From Podarcis melisellensis (taxonomy: Eukaryota): DNA of 64,000 bases. Within the stretch, counting starts at the first letter, position 1, and every line of letters begins with the position of its first letter. Positions 34,001 to 48,000 of this stretch are shown here, one piece after another. The notes beneath the pieces are model-generated. The model was not told where the DNA came from, searched no databases, and was given only the letters and a program-made list of their open reading frames with translations. The DNA lies in the NCBI GenBank assembly GCA_964234715.1, contig OZ174281.1. One strand, given 5' to 3'. The position numbers were made by a program, and so were the translations under genes.

Positions 34001-36012
34001 CTCCAGCCATTTTCATAGGGTTCCCTTTTTGCCAGTACCTCCCTTATTTGGGGTCTGATCCCTGCACATCAAAGGCACGTATTCCCCCCCCCTTCTTCCC
34101 ATATCCTAGAAGTTGTCACACCCTGGCGCCACTCCCGTTTTGGTATCTCCAGGTTCTCATCTAGCCTCTATACGCCCTATACAATGGTCTTCCATATCCA
34201 ATTTACTGAAAATTACTTATCGAAAGATCTTCCTTCCTGTTAACTGCTATCTTCAATTGCTCTGAATGCCTCTTCTAAACCATTGTGTCTCCTCCATACC
34301 GATCACCCCTTTCCAGTTTCCTACACTGACTCCATGGGAAGCATTGCACTGACTTGAAGATTCGCTTTGGAGCTCTCTCTACTCATGTGTCTTCATTCCT
34401 TTCATGCTGCACAAGGCTCACCATCAGCCACTTTTCCCACTCCCCTTTCTCTGAACTTTCTGCCATGCAACAGTTCTGTATCCCTGTATAGACTTATTTT
34501 CCTGCAGCTCCACTTCTTTAGCCACCTTCCTGGCTATTCTCAGAAACACTCTTCTATTCAGGGCTACTACTGGCATTATTAAATTCCTGCATGGAAGATT
34601 TCCACTCTTGCACAAAGTAGGAAAAGCACAATGTGCAGGAATACATGTTTAAAGTACTAAAGATGTTTAAATAATTTCTGTCTAAACAATGGACTCTTTA
34701 GGATTTATTTAGTTAAAAGCGGCTGGGAACCTTTATCCTGTATTTGCAAATTACTGTTTCCTTTAACTCTTACAATCATTTCCTTTGAGATACTCACCTG
34801 AAACATTGTTAACACCAAATGACCAGATACCACTGTGTCCGACAGGAGCTGCAAAGTTGGTTCCCAAGGGGGTAGGTGTGACAGAACCTCCTTGACGAAT
34901 CCTAGCAAGTCTTTCTGTTCCAATAGGCGGTGGCACCTTTCGATCTTGTGCTGTGCTCCCTGATTTTGGCTGACCCAGAGAAGAAGGTGCAGAAGCAGCT
35001 GAAAGGGGCGAGGATGATCCCGAGGAAACTGATGGAATAGGAGATTCACCTGATGAAAAAACAGTTCTCTTGCTTTATCACACATGAAATGCTGAGTTAC
35101 CTTAACTGCTGCTCTAGGAAGTTTCCACTAGAGATGAAATTCTCAATGCTTCAGCAAAAGTACACTTCTACTGTAATCAGCGGGATTTAAATACTAAAAA
35201 CATTTTTTTTTGGTAAAGTATCAGTATTTTAAAATAGATGAAAACTGTGTTTTGAATTTTAATGCATCTTAAATTAGGTTATAACATGGTGCTTCATTAT
35301 ATAGTTTATTATTAGCTTATGTCTTCAAAACTGTACATCCATCAAGGAGCTGTTTGAGAACATAATTCAGGGAATGCATTGGCAAAGCAGACCACTTCTT
35401 ATTGGACAATGGCTGGGATTGCTCACCTGCCAAAGGCAGCCCATGGAGTGCAGTGAGATTAAGATCTGACTTGTTGGCCAAAAGGGTCTCCCTCCCTTCC
35501 ACAAATGTCTCTAATCATCAGCCTCAACAAAAAACTGGGTCACCCTGCCTAAGTTATCTAGGCTCTTTAAACTTTTATACTTCAGAGCTATCTGCCAGAT
35601 TTATTGTTCTTTGTCCCTGACTGACATAGGAGCCAATTGCTCTCTAGTTTATTTACTAAGCTTAAAAATAACTATAGGGGACGTTTTCTCCATGACTGAT
35701 CTATGAAACAGACTGGACTACGTGGTGTTCTGTTAACAAGCACTCAACTGATTTCCCCATCTCCATACACCAATGTCTAGGATAAATAAGCCACTAAAGA
35801 GAGAGATAAGGGGAGAAATAACCCAAAGGCAGCCAGCCAGCAGCTTCCTTGTGGCATATAATTGCAGCCTCCTCCAAATCACTTCTGAACAAACAAAATT
35901 ATCAAGAGCTGATCTCATTCAGCAAGCATCCTATATAGACCAACTCTAGCTGAATCTATAACATGACTTAAGCATCACTTATTTACATTCAGATATTCTG
36001 AACTTGTCTGGG

Positions 36013-36079
<67 letters not shown>

Positions 36080-39000
36080 GCAGTTTAAAAGTATTGGGTC
36101 TAAACTAAAGCAAATGTGCAACTGCATGCATGTTTCCTTTAAATTGTTTTTAAGACCAGCAGTGGTCATAGGGAGCTGCAAATTTGAGTGGGTAAAGAAT
36201 GAAATGGGAAGGGTATTTTTATCTTCCTTCCAACAGAGAGAAAAGTAATTGTGACAGATTTGTGTGTAGGGAAAGCCAGATGGGAAAAGTCAAGCAACCC
36301 TCACTCCATCAATTCTTCTACTCAAACTCTCTGAAAAGGAAGGGGAACCTTCATGTGACTGCATGTTATGTCTAATTTGGCCCCTTTTAAGCAGTTCAGT
36401 AATTTCATCTTTTCAAATTGCCTCAATTTCTTTAATTAATGCTGAAAACAAATTTATGTGTTAGAATCATACAGCCAGCAAAAAGGTCAATACCAACAGA
36501 CTGAAGAGTTGAATTAGACAGACCCCCAAAACTCCTACATGAATTTGTAGCACTTGTCCAAGGGTGTGGTGAAAAATGCTGTCTGTTAAAGCTGGGGGTC
36601 CCAACAGGTGCTGGCCCTTGAAGATAAACCCGTGCTCCTTGAATGTTTGCTGAAAAACCAGCCATAGGCGCTGAAGAGGAGTTTGAGGAGCTGCTGGATG
36701 GATCTAGAGAAGGTAAGTCTACAATTAATATGATTATGTCTGAGAAAATAACTCCAAAGACCCTACTTGTTACCCAGTTATACTACGAATTACAGAAACC
36801 CTCCCATCATAATCTGATGAGGTCTGTAGGATAAACAGATTCTCATTTATCTTGATTTCTATCATTAAATAGGGCTGGGTTACATTTGGGATTTTTCTAG
36901 CCTGCCCATATAATAATTAATTACATCCTGTGTTTTAAATATTACTTGCTTCTAGCATGAACTGCTTTTCACAATCCTACCTAAAATTAAGGAGAATATT
37001 TATAGATGTTCTGTGCATAGTTGAGTTGGCATAAATAGTTAAGCCAAGATAGGGGAAATTATTTGTTATTGCCATATTGGTCAAATGCCCAGAATATACA
37101 GTAATCTCAAAATGGCATTGTTACCTGTATAGTTTTGCAGTGCAAACATTTTCAGACTGAGTCAAACTAATACCAGCCTGGCTTGATTTGAGCATTTCAC
37201 AACATTAAACTGTCACTCTTACTGCAGGCATTAAACATTTTTTAAAACATCAGGGAAGAAAACACAACCAGCATAGAATTCAGTTCAAAACCACCTTTTT
37301 AGATGATGTAGACCAGGAGTGGTTAACTTGATGTTGTTGGGAATCCAGTTCCCATAATCTCTGCCCACTGGCCACATTTGCTGAGATAAATTAAAATACA
37401 TCTGGAACAGGTTCCCCATCCCTTCTGTAGACTCAATGAAAAGATTTTGCTCCTCTTTTGCAGCAAAAGCCAATAATGGGATAGTCTGCTGCTCAAGACC
37501 ATTTTCTCATGGTTGACTAAGCAATCTTGCTTGCATATTTAGGTTCTAAACTAGCAAGAACGCCTCCCCAGATGGCTGAATATAGGTGCTTTTCCACTTT
37601 ACCTCTCTCTATGTGGTTTGTTGCATCTACTGCGTGGTGTATTTTAAGAGCTCTTACAGGGCCTCACTTCATCCCCAGAATGACTGTGGGATAACTGAGG
37701 GTCACTATTCTGGTTTGCTTGTTCTTTAAATGCCACCACATAGTGGATGGTTGAAAGGCTTCTAAATTAACATCCCACGAGTCTCCTTTATGTCCATTAG
37801 TACACACATAATTTTCTCACAATGGAATTCACATAAACAGGTCACAAGGATATAGTGCCCATGCAATGCAGAACTTGGTTTAAACTATGAACAGCAGCAA
37901 GTTGAGTAAAATCCTTCTTAATCTTATTTTACCAACTATGGTCTCTGTAAAGGTTAGTACTATCGGGACTGAGGCTTAGAAAGGCATCATTACATCAATG
38001 TGTCAAAGATAAATATATGTAAACCACATCAGCAAAGATTCAGAGTGGGGTTTTTTTTTAACTGAACCCTACTGGAATTCAAGTTTGAGAATGTAAGAAA
38101 TCTCAGAGCTGACTGAAGAGGAATTATCATCTGCTAAGTATAAAGCACAATGCAAAACCTTAGTGCAAGCATAACATAATCAAAGAGTGTGGCTTGTATT
38201 GACTGCAATTAAAACTGGTCAACACCACCAATCAGCAACAGAGGGAATGGCCATCCTTCCATTTCCTATTTAATTATGCAACTTATTTTTATCTCATTAT
38301 GGTTCTGACAAGAGTTCAAAAATAAAAAAGCAGAGCAAAGCTTTAATAGGTGGAATGCTGAGAAACATTTTCCTAAAATGCAACTTTTGGTTCCATTTTG
38401 TTATGGAGTAAAGAAAAAGGCTAACTTATCAATGAATCACATTATCTTGTCTTAGAGGAAGAAAAACACAGGAAAGGGGAGGGACTGGTATGAGGGTATG
38501 TGAAGGATTAAACAAAAAGTCCCCATCATCTATATGGGCCAGAATTTTTCTTTAGGATGTTCTGTTTTCCCCATCATTTCACAGAAGTTACCTGAACCAA
38601 TATTGTGTGCCAACGTTCATTCTACAGAGTCAAACCAATTCCCCCATCTCTTGGTTATATTAAGTCACATTATGAAGAAAATATCAACTGAGTAAAAATA
38701 ATCAAAGACCCAACACAATTCTTGTTTTCAGTATTCCTCTGGTTCAGGATCACAGAAACAATTTTAAAGTTTGGGGAAGCTTTTCAATTGCTATCAAGAG
38801 GCCATGAAGAATTATCTCCCTTTCCATGCAGAACATAGCAACTCACCTACAGGACTAGTTGAAACTCTCTGGGAAGGAGGCCGGAACCCTGGAGCCTTGG
38901 AGTTATCAGGATGCACATTTTCCATGTGCCCCATCACAGAGTTACCCAAAAACGTAGACTGGACAGTGTAAGGTTGGTCTGCTGCTCCTCGTGTGGACAG

Positions 39001-42000
39001 TGGGCAGTCTCCCCATCCCTGGTTAGCTGGCACCTGGTTGCTATCAAAAAGACTGCTAAAGTGATTGAAGAGTGTTGCTGGGCCAAATGTAGGAGGCAAG
39101 GATTTGTTTGCTGGGTTAATATGCATCTGAGAACCGTTCATAACGTTCATGGGCGATGACAGCTGAACTGTGGGTGGTGGCCCTTGCGAAGGTGTCAAAG
39201 GTACTGCATTTGTAACGAAAATGGACTGAGGTTCCTGATGTATGTTTGCATTTGGTACCATTGAATAAAATGAATTTCTAGGTTGCATTCTGTGAGAGAC
39301 ACGGGGTGCTGGTACAGCTAACTGAGGTAAGGTACCATTGTCCTGATTATCCGTAGCAACCGATCTAGGTGAAGCTAAGCTTAATGGAGTAGGTTCTGAA
39401 CTGGAAGAAAAAGGCATAGATATGGGAGGACTTAAGTCAGACATATTGGTCGGCAGTGTTTCATCTTGCGCGTTGTTTGGAGGTGCAGGACTGCTAGATG
39501 TGCACGTTTCTATGACTCCTGAAGTGCTGCCAGATGAGATATTGCTGCTAGCAGCAACCGATGATGGCACACATGCGTTTCCAACAGATTGTTCTGGTGT
39601 TGATGCCTTTTCTTTGGGTACTGGGGCAGAAGAAACAGCATCTGTTTTAAGTGAAGACTGCTGTGCCTGTGGAACACTAGCGGGTAGAAATGTAGTGGGA
39701 ACATGCCCAGTGTTTTCAGGTGCAGGAGAAGCTGAAGGCAGTGTGCTACATGTAGTTGTCACAGTTGAGATCGCTGTCGTCATGGTACTTGTTTTAGGAA
39801 CGCAAGCGAACAACTGTTTCCTGACCGATGATGGAGTCCGGTTACTTGTAACACAGAGTGGCTGAGAGGATGCAACTACTGAAGAGACAGTACCAGGACA
39901 AGTGGGAGCTAAACCCGTGGATTCAGGCTGCAAAATATTGCCATTCTGGTTAACTACGCGACTTGAACTGTTATGCTTTGGAGAGCTATTTGTGCTGCCT
40001 GGGTTAACTGGCCTCACTGGGAATGGTCCCCAAGTGTTTGGAGAGGTTGAAAATGTTCCTCCAAATTGGGCCATTGGTAAGCGAGGGTGACGAATTTGTT
40101 GCATAGTTTGGGCAGCCAATATGGCAAAGTGAGGGTGGGAATAAGCTAAGGGAAGAGAGACTGGGAAAGAAGAGCGCACGTTTGCAGGGACATTCTTGCT
40201 TAATTTGTTAGCAGACTGGAAGGTAGACAGCGTTGATGACTGAGAGGTGACAAGAGATGGAGCTCCAAGGGGAAATGAGTTTTTGTTTGAAGCTGAAGCA
40301 GTACTGACGCCAGATGAAAAATTTGTATGGACTGACTTGGTGCTGGAAGCCGGTGTTCTTATATGAGTTTTAGGAATTAAATCTTCCAGTTCCTTGGCAG
40401 GATCTTGAATAAGGGCATTAATAAGTTGCACTGCATATCTTGTTGATTCTGTTCCACCCCTGAAATAGAGAAGGCAGGATCATCTTTAGAACACAAGCCT
40501 CAGTTCAGTACAACTTAAATCCAATTGAAAAACATGAGCTTTAAACATTAGATTTTAGGCACTCTACCTTATTGTGATCATTCTCTCTCCATTTTTATCT
40601 TTTTGTTTGTCCACATCAATATGAGCACCAGTGACATCCTGGATTGCTGTGATGTTGCACCCACCTCTTCCCATTATTCGAGAAACAACAGATGCTGGGA
40701 CAGAGAGCTTTTTTGACCTAAATGACAAAAATTATAAATGTTTTGAGGGCTTCCTGCTTTTAAGTTTAAGAGATTTAGGTAGTATTATAATATACTCGGC
40801 CTGAAAAGCAAGATGAGCGCTGCACCCCATAGTCGCCTCTGACTGGACTTAACTGTCCAGGAGTCCTTTACCTTTAACCAAATATTATAGTATGTCATTT
40901 TGATAACTAGACAGGTATCTCAGGATAGTTAAGTGATATTCTTGCGGATATTCTGGGCCTTGTTAGATGTGTGTTCTGGGCATGTGAATTTTTGTTTAAC
41001 TTAGGCTAATAGCTCTTCAGATAATGCTACTGTAATTCACACATTAACTGCCAAACTTTTAAAAAGCCCCCCTTGAGAATATGTGTACTACTGACAAACT
41101 GAATGGTTACTATGCCTTTTAACTGCTATGCATGCTTTAGAACTGGAGATATACCACATATTTTACCCTACAGCTCTGAAAACACTAATGAGGAAGCTCC
41201 ATGTGTGCTGAAAGTCATGGAAAGGTTTTTGTTGTTTTTTTAAAAAAATCCCTGTTATTATATATCTTGTACTTGTTGAGTCACTATCTTTTCCTTTAGT
41301 TATTTTAAAAAATGACATTCCCTCCAACAATTCCAGCAGCCTTGGAAGTTTACAAGCCCTTTCCCCAACACTTCCTCACATGGATTCTATTTTCTTCCTC
41401 TCTTCAGCTCAGTTCCGACAGTGATACATAATCCCCTGTAATCCATACTCCCTGAAGTTCTAAACCCTCATTGATTCCACCCACAGCCTCATCTACAGCC
41501 TATTCATAAATCCTCTTCAATTCCAATGCAGAACTTTTGAATGCCACCAAAGTACCTTTTTGCTCCTGAAAGACAGCGTCCGCCTCTCTGCAGCTGAAAC
41601 TGTTCAATTGGCGTTGACTGCAGAGTGTTGCTAGGGGAAGGGTCCTTTAAAACTCTGCCTACTTGCCTGTCAAGGATAGAAAATACAATTTCCTTAGTTT
41701 TCTAGGCAAGAGATGAAAAGAGTTTCGAGTCATACATTTTCAAGCTCAGGTCCAGACAAGAAAACGTTCTCTCATTCTCCCTGTTTTATTTGTTACATTT
41801 ATATATTATCAATCTCTGTGGAAACCCAAGGGATCTCCAAGCCAGATATTAGCAGGTCCCAGATCTACTCAGCTCTACACATATGGAACTATTGTAGGCA
41901 CTTCCAAAACATGTTCTAATTATACCCTAGATTAGTCAAGACTAAAATATCACAATTATTTTAAACACTAGGAAATCTTAAGAAACTGGTGTGATAGGCA

Positions 42001-45000
42001 TATGGAACCTAATATTGTACATAATGTAGATGGCAGTCCATTTAAGGCCCATTGAAATCAGTTGAGCAGTTAATGGCTTATTGTCCTCCCCATTTCAACA
42101 GGATTAAGTACTTCATTAGAATCACTATGCTCCAGACAGGGCAGAATCTATAGCTCTGCTAGGATAGCAAAATATCTCTTTTTAAAATAGTTTGACAGAA
42201 AGGGAAGGCTTTGGAAGCATACATATTTCTACAAGATTCACTATTGTTAATATGTTTACAAATGCATCAGCAGCCAAGAAAAAAGTTACATCAGAACTGT
42301 TACATATGGAAAAGTATATGGTTTCATATTAATGGCTCAGATTTAAAATGTCAAAGTTTCCTGTACTGAAAAGCAGTTCACACGGCTTCTAAAAGATCTG
42401 TATTGTTTGCATCTATTAAGTGTACTTTTTATATTGTAAATAGGCCTGTGCTCCTCGGCTGAAGGGTAGTACAGAAATTAAATTATTAATAATAATAATT
42501 TATTTATTAAATTTATATACTGCCCTTCATCTCAAGGCAGTTCACAAGATAAAAATACAAGATAGAAGAACAAAATAAGTAGTTAAAACAAAAACCCCTC
42601 CTCTCACAAACACATTTAAAAAACTGTAGAATCCTAGCTATCAACTTTTTCCTTTTCTTGCGAGGAACCCTATTCGGAATAAGGGAATTTCCCTTTTTTA
42701 AAAAAGGGAAACGTTGACAGCTATGTGTAGAATATCAGTCAAAGGCCTGGTTGAAGAGGAATGTTTTTGCCTGGTGCCTAAAGACATATAATGAAGGCAC
42801 CAGATGGACCTCTCTGGGGAGAGCCTTCTACAAATGGGGAGCCACTGCGGAAAAGGCCCATTTTTGTGTTGCCACCCTCTAGACTTCTCACAGAGGAGGC
42901 ACACAAAGAAGGGCTCAGATGATGATTGCAGGCTCCGGGTTGGTTTATATGAGGTGAGTTGGTCCTTGAGGTATTGCAGTCCTGAGCTGTTTAAGGCTTT
43001 ATAGGTCAAAACCAGCACTCTGAATTGGGTCTGGAAGCTAATTGGCAGCCAGTGTAGTCAGGCCAGGATCAGTATATGCTCACACTGTCTTGCACCTGTA
43101 AGCAACCTGGCTGCCAAATTCTGCACCAAATTCTGAAGTTTCTTAACTGTCTTCAGAGGCAGTCCTACGTATAACGCATTTCAGTATTCCAACCTAGAGG
43201 TTTCCAGAGCACAGACAACAGAAGTTAGGCTATCCCTGTCCAGACAGGGGCACAGCTGGGCCACCAGCCGAAGCGGATGGAAGGCAATCAGCACCACTGA
43301 GGCCACCTGAGGCTCAAGCGACAGCAAAGGATCCAGGAGTACCCCAAGCTGCTCACCTGCTCCTTCAGAGGCAGTATAACCCCATCAAGAGCAGGCAACC
43401 TCCCATCCATCCAGACCAGTGCCTTAAGTCTTATCTGGACTGAGCTTCAGCTTGTTGGCTCTCATCTGGTCCATTACTGAGGCAAGAAAACGGTCCAGCA
43501 CACCCACTGCCTCACCTGCAGATGCTAAGGTGAAGTAGAGCTGTGTCATCAGCATATTGCTGACAACGTACTCTGAAACTCCAAATGACCCCTCTCAGCG
43601 GTTTCATGTAAACAGCAGAGGGGATAAAATCGAGCCCTGAGGAACTCCACATTGACGGTTCCACGGGGCTGCAGAGCACTCCCCAAGCATCACCCTCTGA
43701 GAACCACCATCCAAGCAGGACTGGAACCACTGCAAAGTGGTGCCACCTACCCTCAACACAGACAACTGCTCCAGAAGTCGATAGTATTGAAAGTTGCTAA
43801 GAGATTAAGAAGAATAAACAAGGACATATTTCTCCTGTCTCTCTCCCAGCAAAGGTCAACATACAGGGTGACCAGAACAGTTTCTGTGCCAAAACCAGGC
43901 AAAAAAACCCAATTGAAATGGATCTAGAAATTCAGTTTCCACCAAGAGCGCCTGAATCTGGTGCATGAACATCCACTCTACAACCTTGCCCAAGAACGGG
44001 AGTAGTTTTACCACTGTCACCTTCAAGCAGGCAGGGACCAACCCCTCTTGTAAGGCTGCATGAATCACCTGCCTGGCCCAGCCAGCTGTCTCCTCACTGC
44101 TAGTTTTTTATCAGCCACGAGGGTCCAGAGCATAAGTGGTCGCCCTGACTAATCCAAGCACCTTGTCTGCATCCTCAAGCCTTACTAACTTAACAACAAC
44201 AACAACAACAACAGGGCTCTTACAAGAGAATTGACAGTCTGCTTCCCAGACACCCAGCATCTCAGCTTAATGGGGTGCATACACAAACCTCAGGCTCAAC
44301 TCCCCGCCTCCATGTGCAGAACCTTCACTGTGAACTAGGATCCATGAGTAGGCGCTGCTTATGTGATGCTACTTAACACTTAAGTTTGTGTGATAGGAGA
44401 GAGCATGTGACCCTAATGTTCGCTCCTCAACTCCACAGCATTTAAGACTTATAATGTATGTTAAAGTTAGCAAATGCCAAGTGCTTTTTTAAAAAATCTG
44501 ACACGTGTATCCACTACCATTCGTATACTGTCACACCTTCACCCCCAATTCAAAACTGACCAAATTACCAATCATGTTCAAACTGGTCAGATGCCATTCA
44601 TGAAACTGCATGAAAACAACTTACCTTCTCACTACTTCTTTCCAGCCTTCTTCTCTTTTTTGCCCTCTTTTTGGACTAGTCAGATTCAACTTTATGTTCG
44701 GAGACGTCAGAGGCAGGGACACAGATTTATAACTTGTTGTTAAGGAGTTTGGATTAGCTTCACCTTCAAGTCTAAAAACAAAGATAAGTTTGATTATAGA
44801 TTGCCTGCCACCAAACGATCAAAATCTCAATTCCAATTACTGAATTCCATGTAAGTCAATGATACAAATTGTTATCAACAGAGTCCTCCAAGTGCTCAGG
44901 CAGCATAATCCTATTTCCAGATGAGTTCAGGTGAGCACAGAACATTTGTTCCTAATACAGGAAGCTCTATCACCAGATCAGCACTAATGACTATGTAGGG

Positions 45001-48000
45001 GGGCACTTATTTTGATAAAAGATTAATAACTTTTGATAACACTTAATGGCAGCATAAATTATTTTGCGGCAACAGTTGCATTAATTATGTGCAAAGGGGA
45101 TGGGGGACTGTTGAACAGCCTGCTTACCTGAATCTAGTGTTCTTATGAGTGGTAATTATGCAGATACGCTTAAAGGTTATGAACCTGTGCAGAGCATTGT
45201 TCAGAACTTTTTGAATTTAAAACTAACTTTGGGCACGAACGATCTGCCCAAGTGTAGTGTAAATGTACCACAACTTCCTGCTTGGCACTTAAGTATCATA
45301 GTTATACAGCTACCTGCAACAAGGAAGACCAACTGTGTGGATGCACAGACAGCTATGTGGGAAACATCAATTTCAGGTAAGCAACCTCAGCTTTGTGGTT
45401 TTTTGTGGGGGCACAAACATAGGAGATTGGTAAGCTAGTTATTGAGATACTGGATGCAGGTATCGTCATATGAACAAGGATAAGGATAGCCCATATCTGA
45501 AGTGTCCACTCAGCTTAAGTTGACAACTGAAGCCAGGTAGAACAATACATATGGAGCACCATGCAAAGGCTGTGACTAGACTGTACTCAAAAACCATCTG
45601 GTACTTGGTATTGGGCCAGTTCATGTTACATGGTATGTGAAGAGACCCAATTAGAAAATTCTGAAGATTGCACTTGGAAGATATTCTCCCTAATGATAAA
45701 ATGGTGGCTGAAAAGAGAACTGAACAGAAAAATGTGGAATTCACCCCATAGGCCATAAGCACTATAGTCAAAGAGCAGATCTTTTACACCAGAAGTATCT
45801 AGATTTAGTCTTAGAAGGTTTGAATGATGCAGAGCCAGAACTAGTGTGTGCCTGGGCAGACCAAAACTGGTATATATTGCAACTATAACTGAAATCCATC
45901 TGGCTGTGACCATGAAAAGGACCTTCTCCATAGCTGTACCAAGGCCCTGGTGCTCACCTCTGAGACAAGTTTGTCATGCTTCTGCCACTTGAAACGATAG
46001 TGAATGCCAAAGATTTTTAAAAAAGAAAACTTGACTTTGGACTATAACATCTGGTTTTAGTAGCTGGCTGATTTTGAGCTACTTAGGTATGTCAGTTGTA
46101 ATTGTTTCATCTTCTGTTGTTTCTTTTAAATATTTGTTTTATCTTTTTATGCTATATAACAACAACAATTTATACCCCGCCCATCTGGCTGGGTTTCCCC
46201 AGCCCCTCTGCTTAGATCTTGTAAAAACTTGATGTTTTGTTATTTTAATAGTGATGTTCTTAGGTACCTTGTACTATTTATAAAAAATGTAAGGTATGAA
46301 TCTTTTAAATAAGACGGAACTAGCTAATCATGAAGCGTAGGTCTGTAGCCAAAATGTATTCACAGGATCTCTCTAAAACAAGCACGGGAAATTTTTAAAG
46401 GGTCTTAATTAGGCCCACAAGGCTGTTTCCCTCTAACCACACCCACTTGCCCACACATGACATCAACTGTGGGGGCAGGCAAACCCACAACTGCAAAGGA
46501 ATGACCAGGAGCATTAAAGGGATCTTCCCACTGTTCCTTATCAAGCAGTAAATTCCAGTGGGCCTTGCATTCGGTACTAAATTTTAAAAGGTTCCGAATG
46601 CAAGCCTTGCTTGCACAGGGACAATACCGTGGTACCACTGGTTAAATACTTAGTTCATTCTGGAGGTCCGTTCTTAACCTGAAACTGTTCTTAACCTGAA
46701 GCACCACTTTAGCTAATGGGGCCTCCTGCTGCCGCTGGAGCACGATTTCTGTTCTCATCCTGAAGCAAAGTTCTTAACCTGAAGCACTATTTCTGGGTTA
46801 GCAGAGTCTGTAACCTGAAGCGTATGTAACCTGAGGTACCACTGTATAAAGTGCACCCTAATATTCCCAATAGTTCCTTTGCAGTCATGTCAGGTATGGA
46901 TGGGACAGGTGGGTGCAGTGGGGGGAAATGGCCTTGTGCATCACGTTAGCCACCCCTGCTCTAGATTATGGGGAATTGGAAACCATTAGCATACCTTGCC
47001 TTGGCTAAGCAACACACTTGCATGCGAATGGTCACTGCTCCCACCAACAGGAAACCTTTGATGCAGGAGGATGGCAATTGCTAAGAGGAGCACACAGGTG
47101 TTCATGTGCAGAGCAAGCAGCATCTGTTACACCCACCTTCACCACGAGGTCAGAGAACCTGCTGCCCAACCCTGTCTTCAAAGTTACATTCTGGCAACAC
47201 TAGATGCTATCATTTGCTGTTACTGTTGTCCTGGAGGATTAACGTGCAGCTGTTGTTTTTAATTGCTTTGCTTTGTTTTTGATCAGGAGGGATGGATTAG
47301 AGGTTACTAAGGAGAGCTCATCTCCTTAGTAACATCTAATTTGGGGAGCTATAAGGTAATTTAAAGCCTCTAATCCCCCAACCTTGAAGCCCAAAGTCCA
47401 AAACATGTGCATTCAGAAACAATTCAGCATCAAGCTAGCATGAAAAAGACTCATTAAAAGCTTCAGTAATGGAGATGTAACTTGTGACTCACCTGGTTTG
47501 CACTTTGGAAACTGAGGTGTTAGTCTTGTCTTCCTGAGAAGGGAGCAGTACTGAGGCATATCGTCTCTCGCCTGAAGAGTGTGTGTCCATAGTGAAGTTT
47601 AGTTCCTGGCTTTTACCACCGCTGCTGCTCTCACTATTGCAATCTGTGCTGTCTAAGTTGTCAGAATCACTATTTCCACCAGCACTACCGCCTCTTGGCT
47701 CTCCGTTGATTTTATTTTTATCTGCTTTTTGCTGTGCTAGAGTTATATGCTGGTCTGGCAAAATTATCTGCACATTTTGAGGAGTGTCTTTTGTTTTATT
47801 CTTCTTATTCTTTCTATTTGTGCTGGGAGTTGTTACCACATTGGCCCTCTTCTTTCCAAAAGCATTTGTGAAAGTAGTTGATGTTGCAGATATTCCAATA
47901 GTAGTTGTAGTGGTTGCACTTGGAGGCTCTAAAGGAACTTCTTGATCAACTGAAACAAAACATATTTTTAAAAAGTAAAACTTAATGATGGGAACAGTGC

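Noticed and set aside
34080-34560. Pyrimidine-rich unclassified segment (also 41300-41700 and 48270-48500)
   Set aside because: Probably decayed retroelement fragments, but I found no diagnostic motif to support a call.
34705-35085. 126-aa alternative frame over an ANKHD1 exon (likewise 14030-14332 over the last APBB3 exon and 39422-39865 antisense to the large exon)
   Set aside because: Open shadow frames of this length are common over Ser/Pro-rich coding exons; there is no independent evidence of use.
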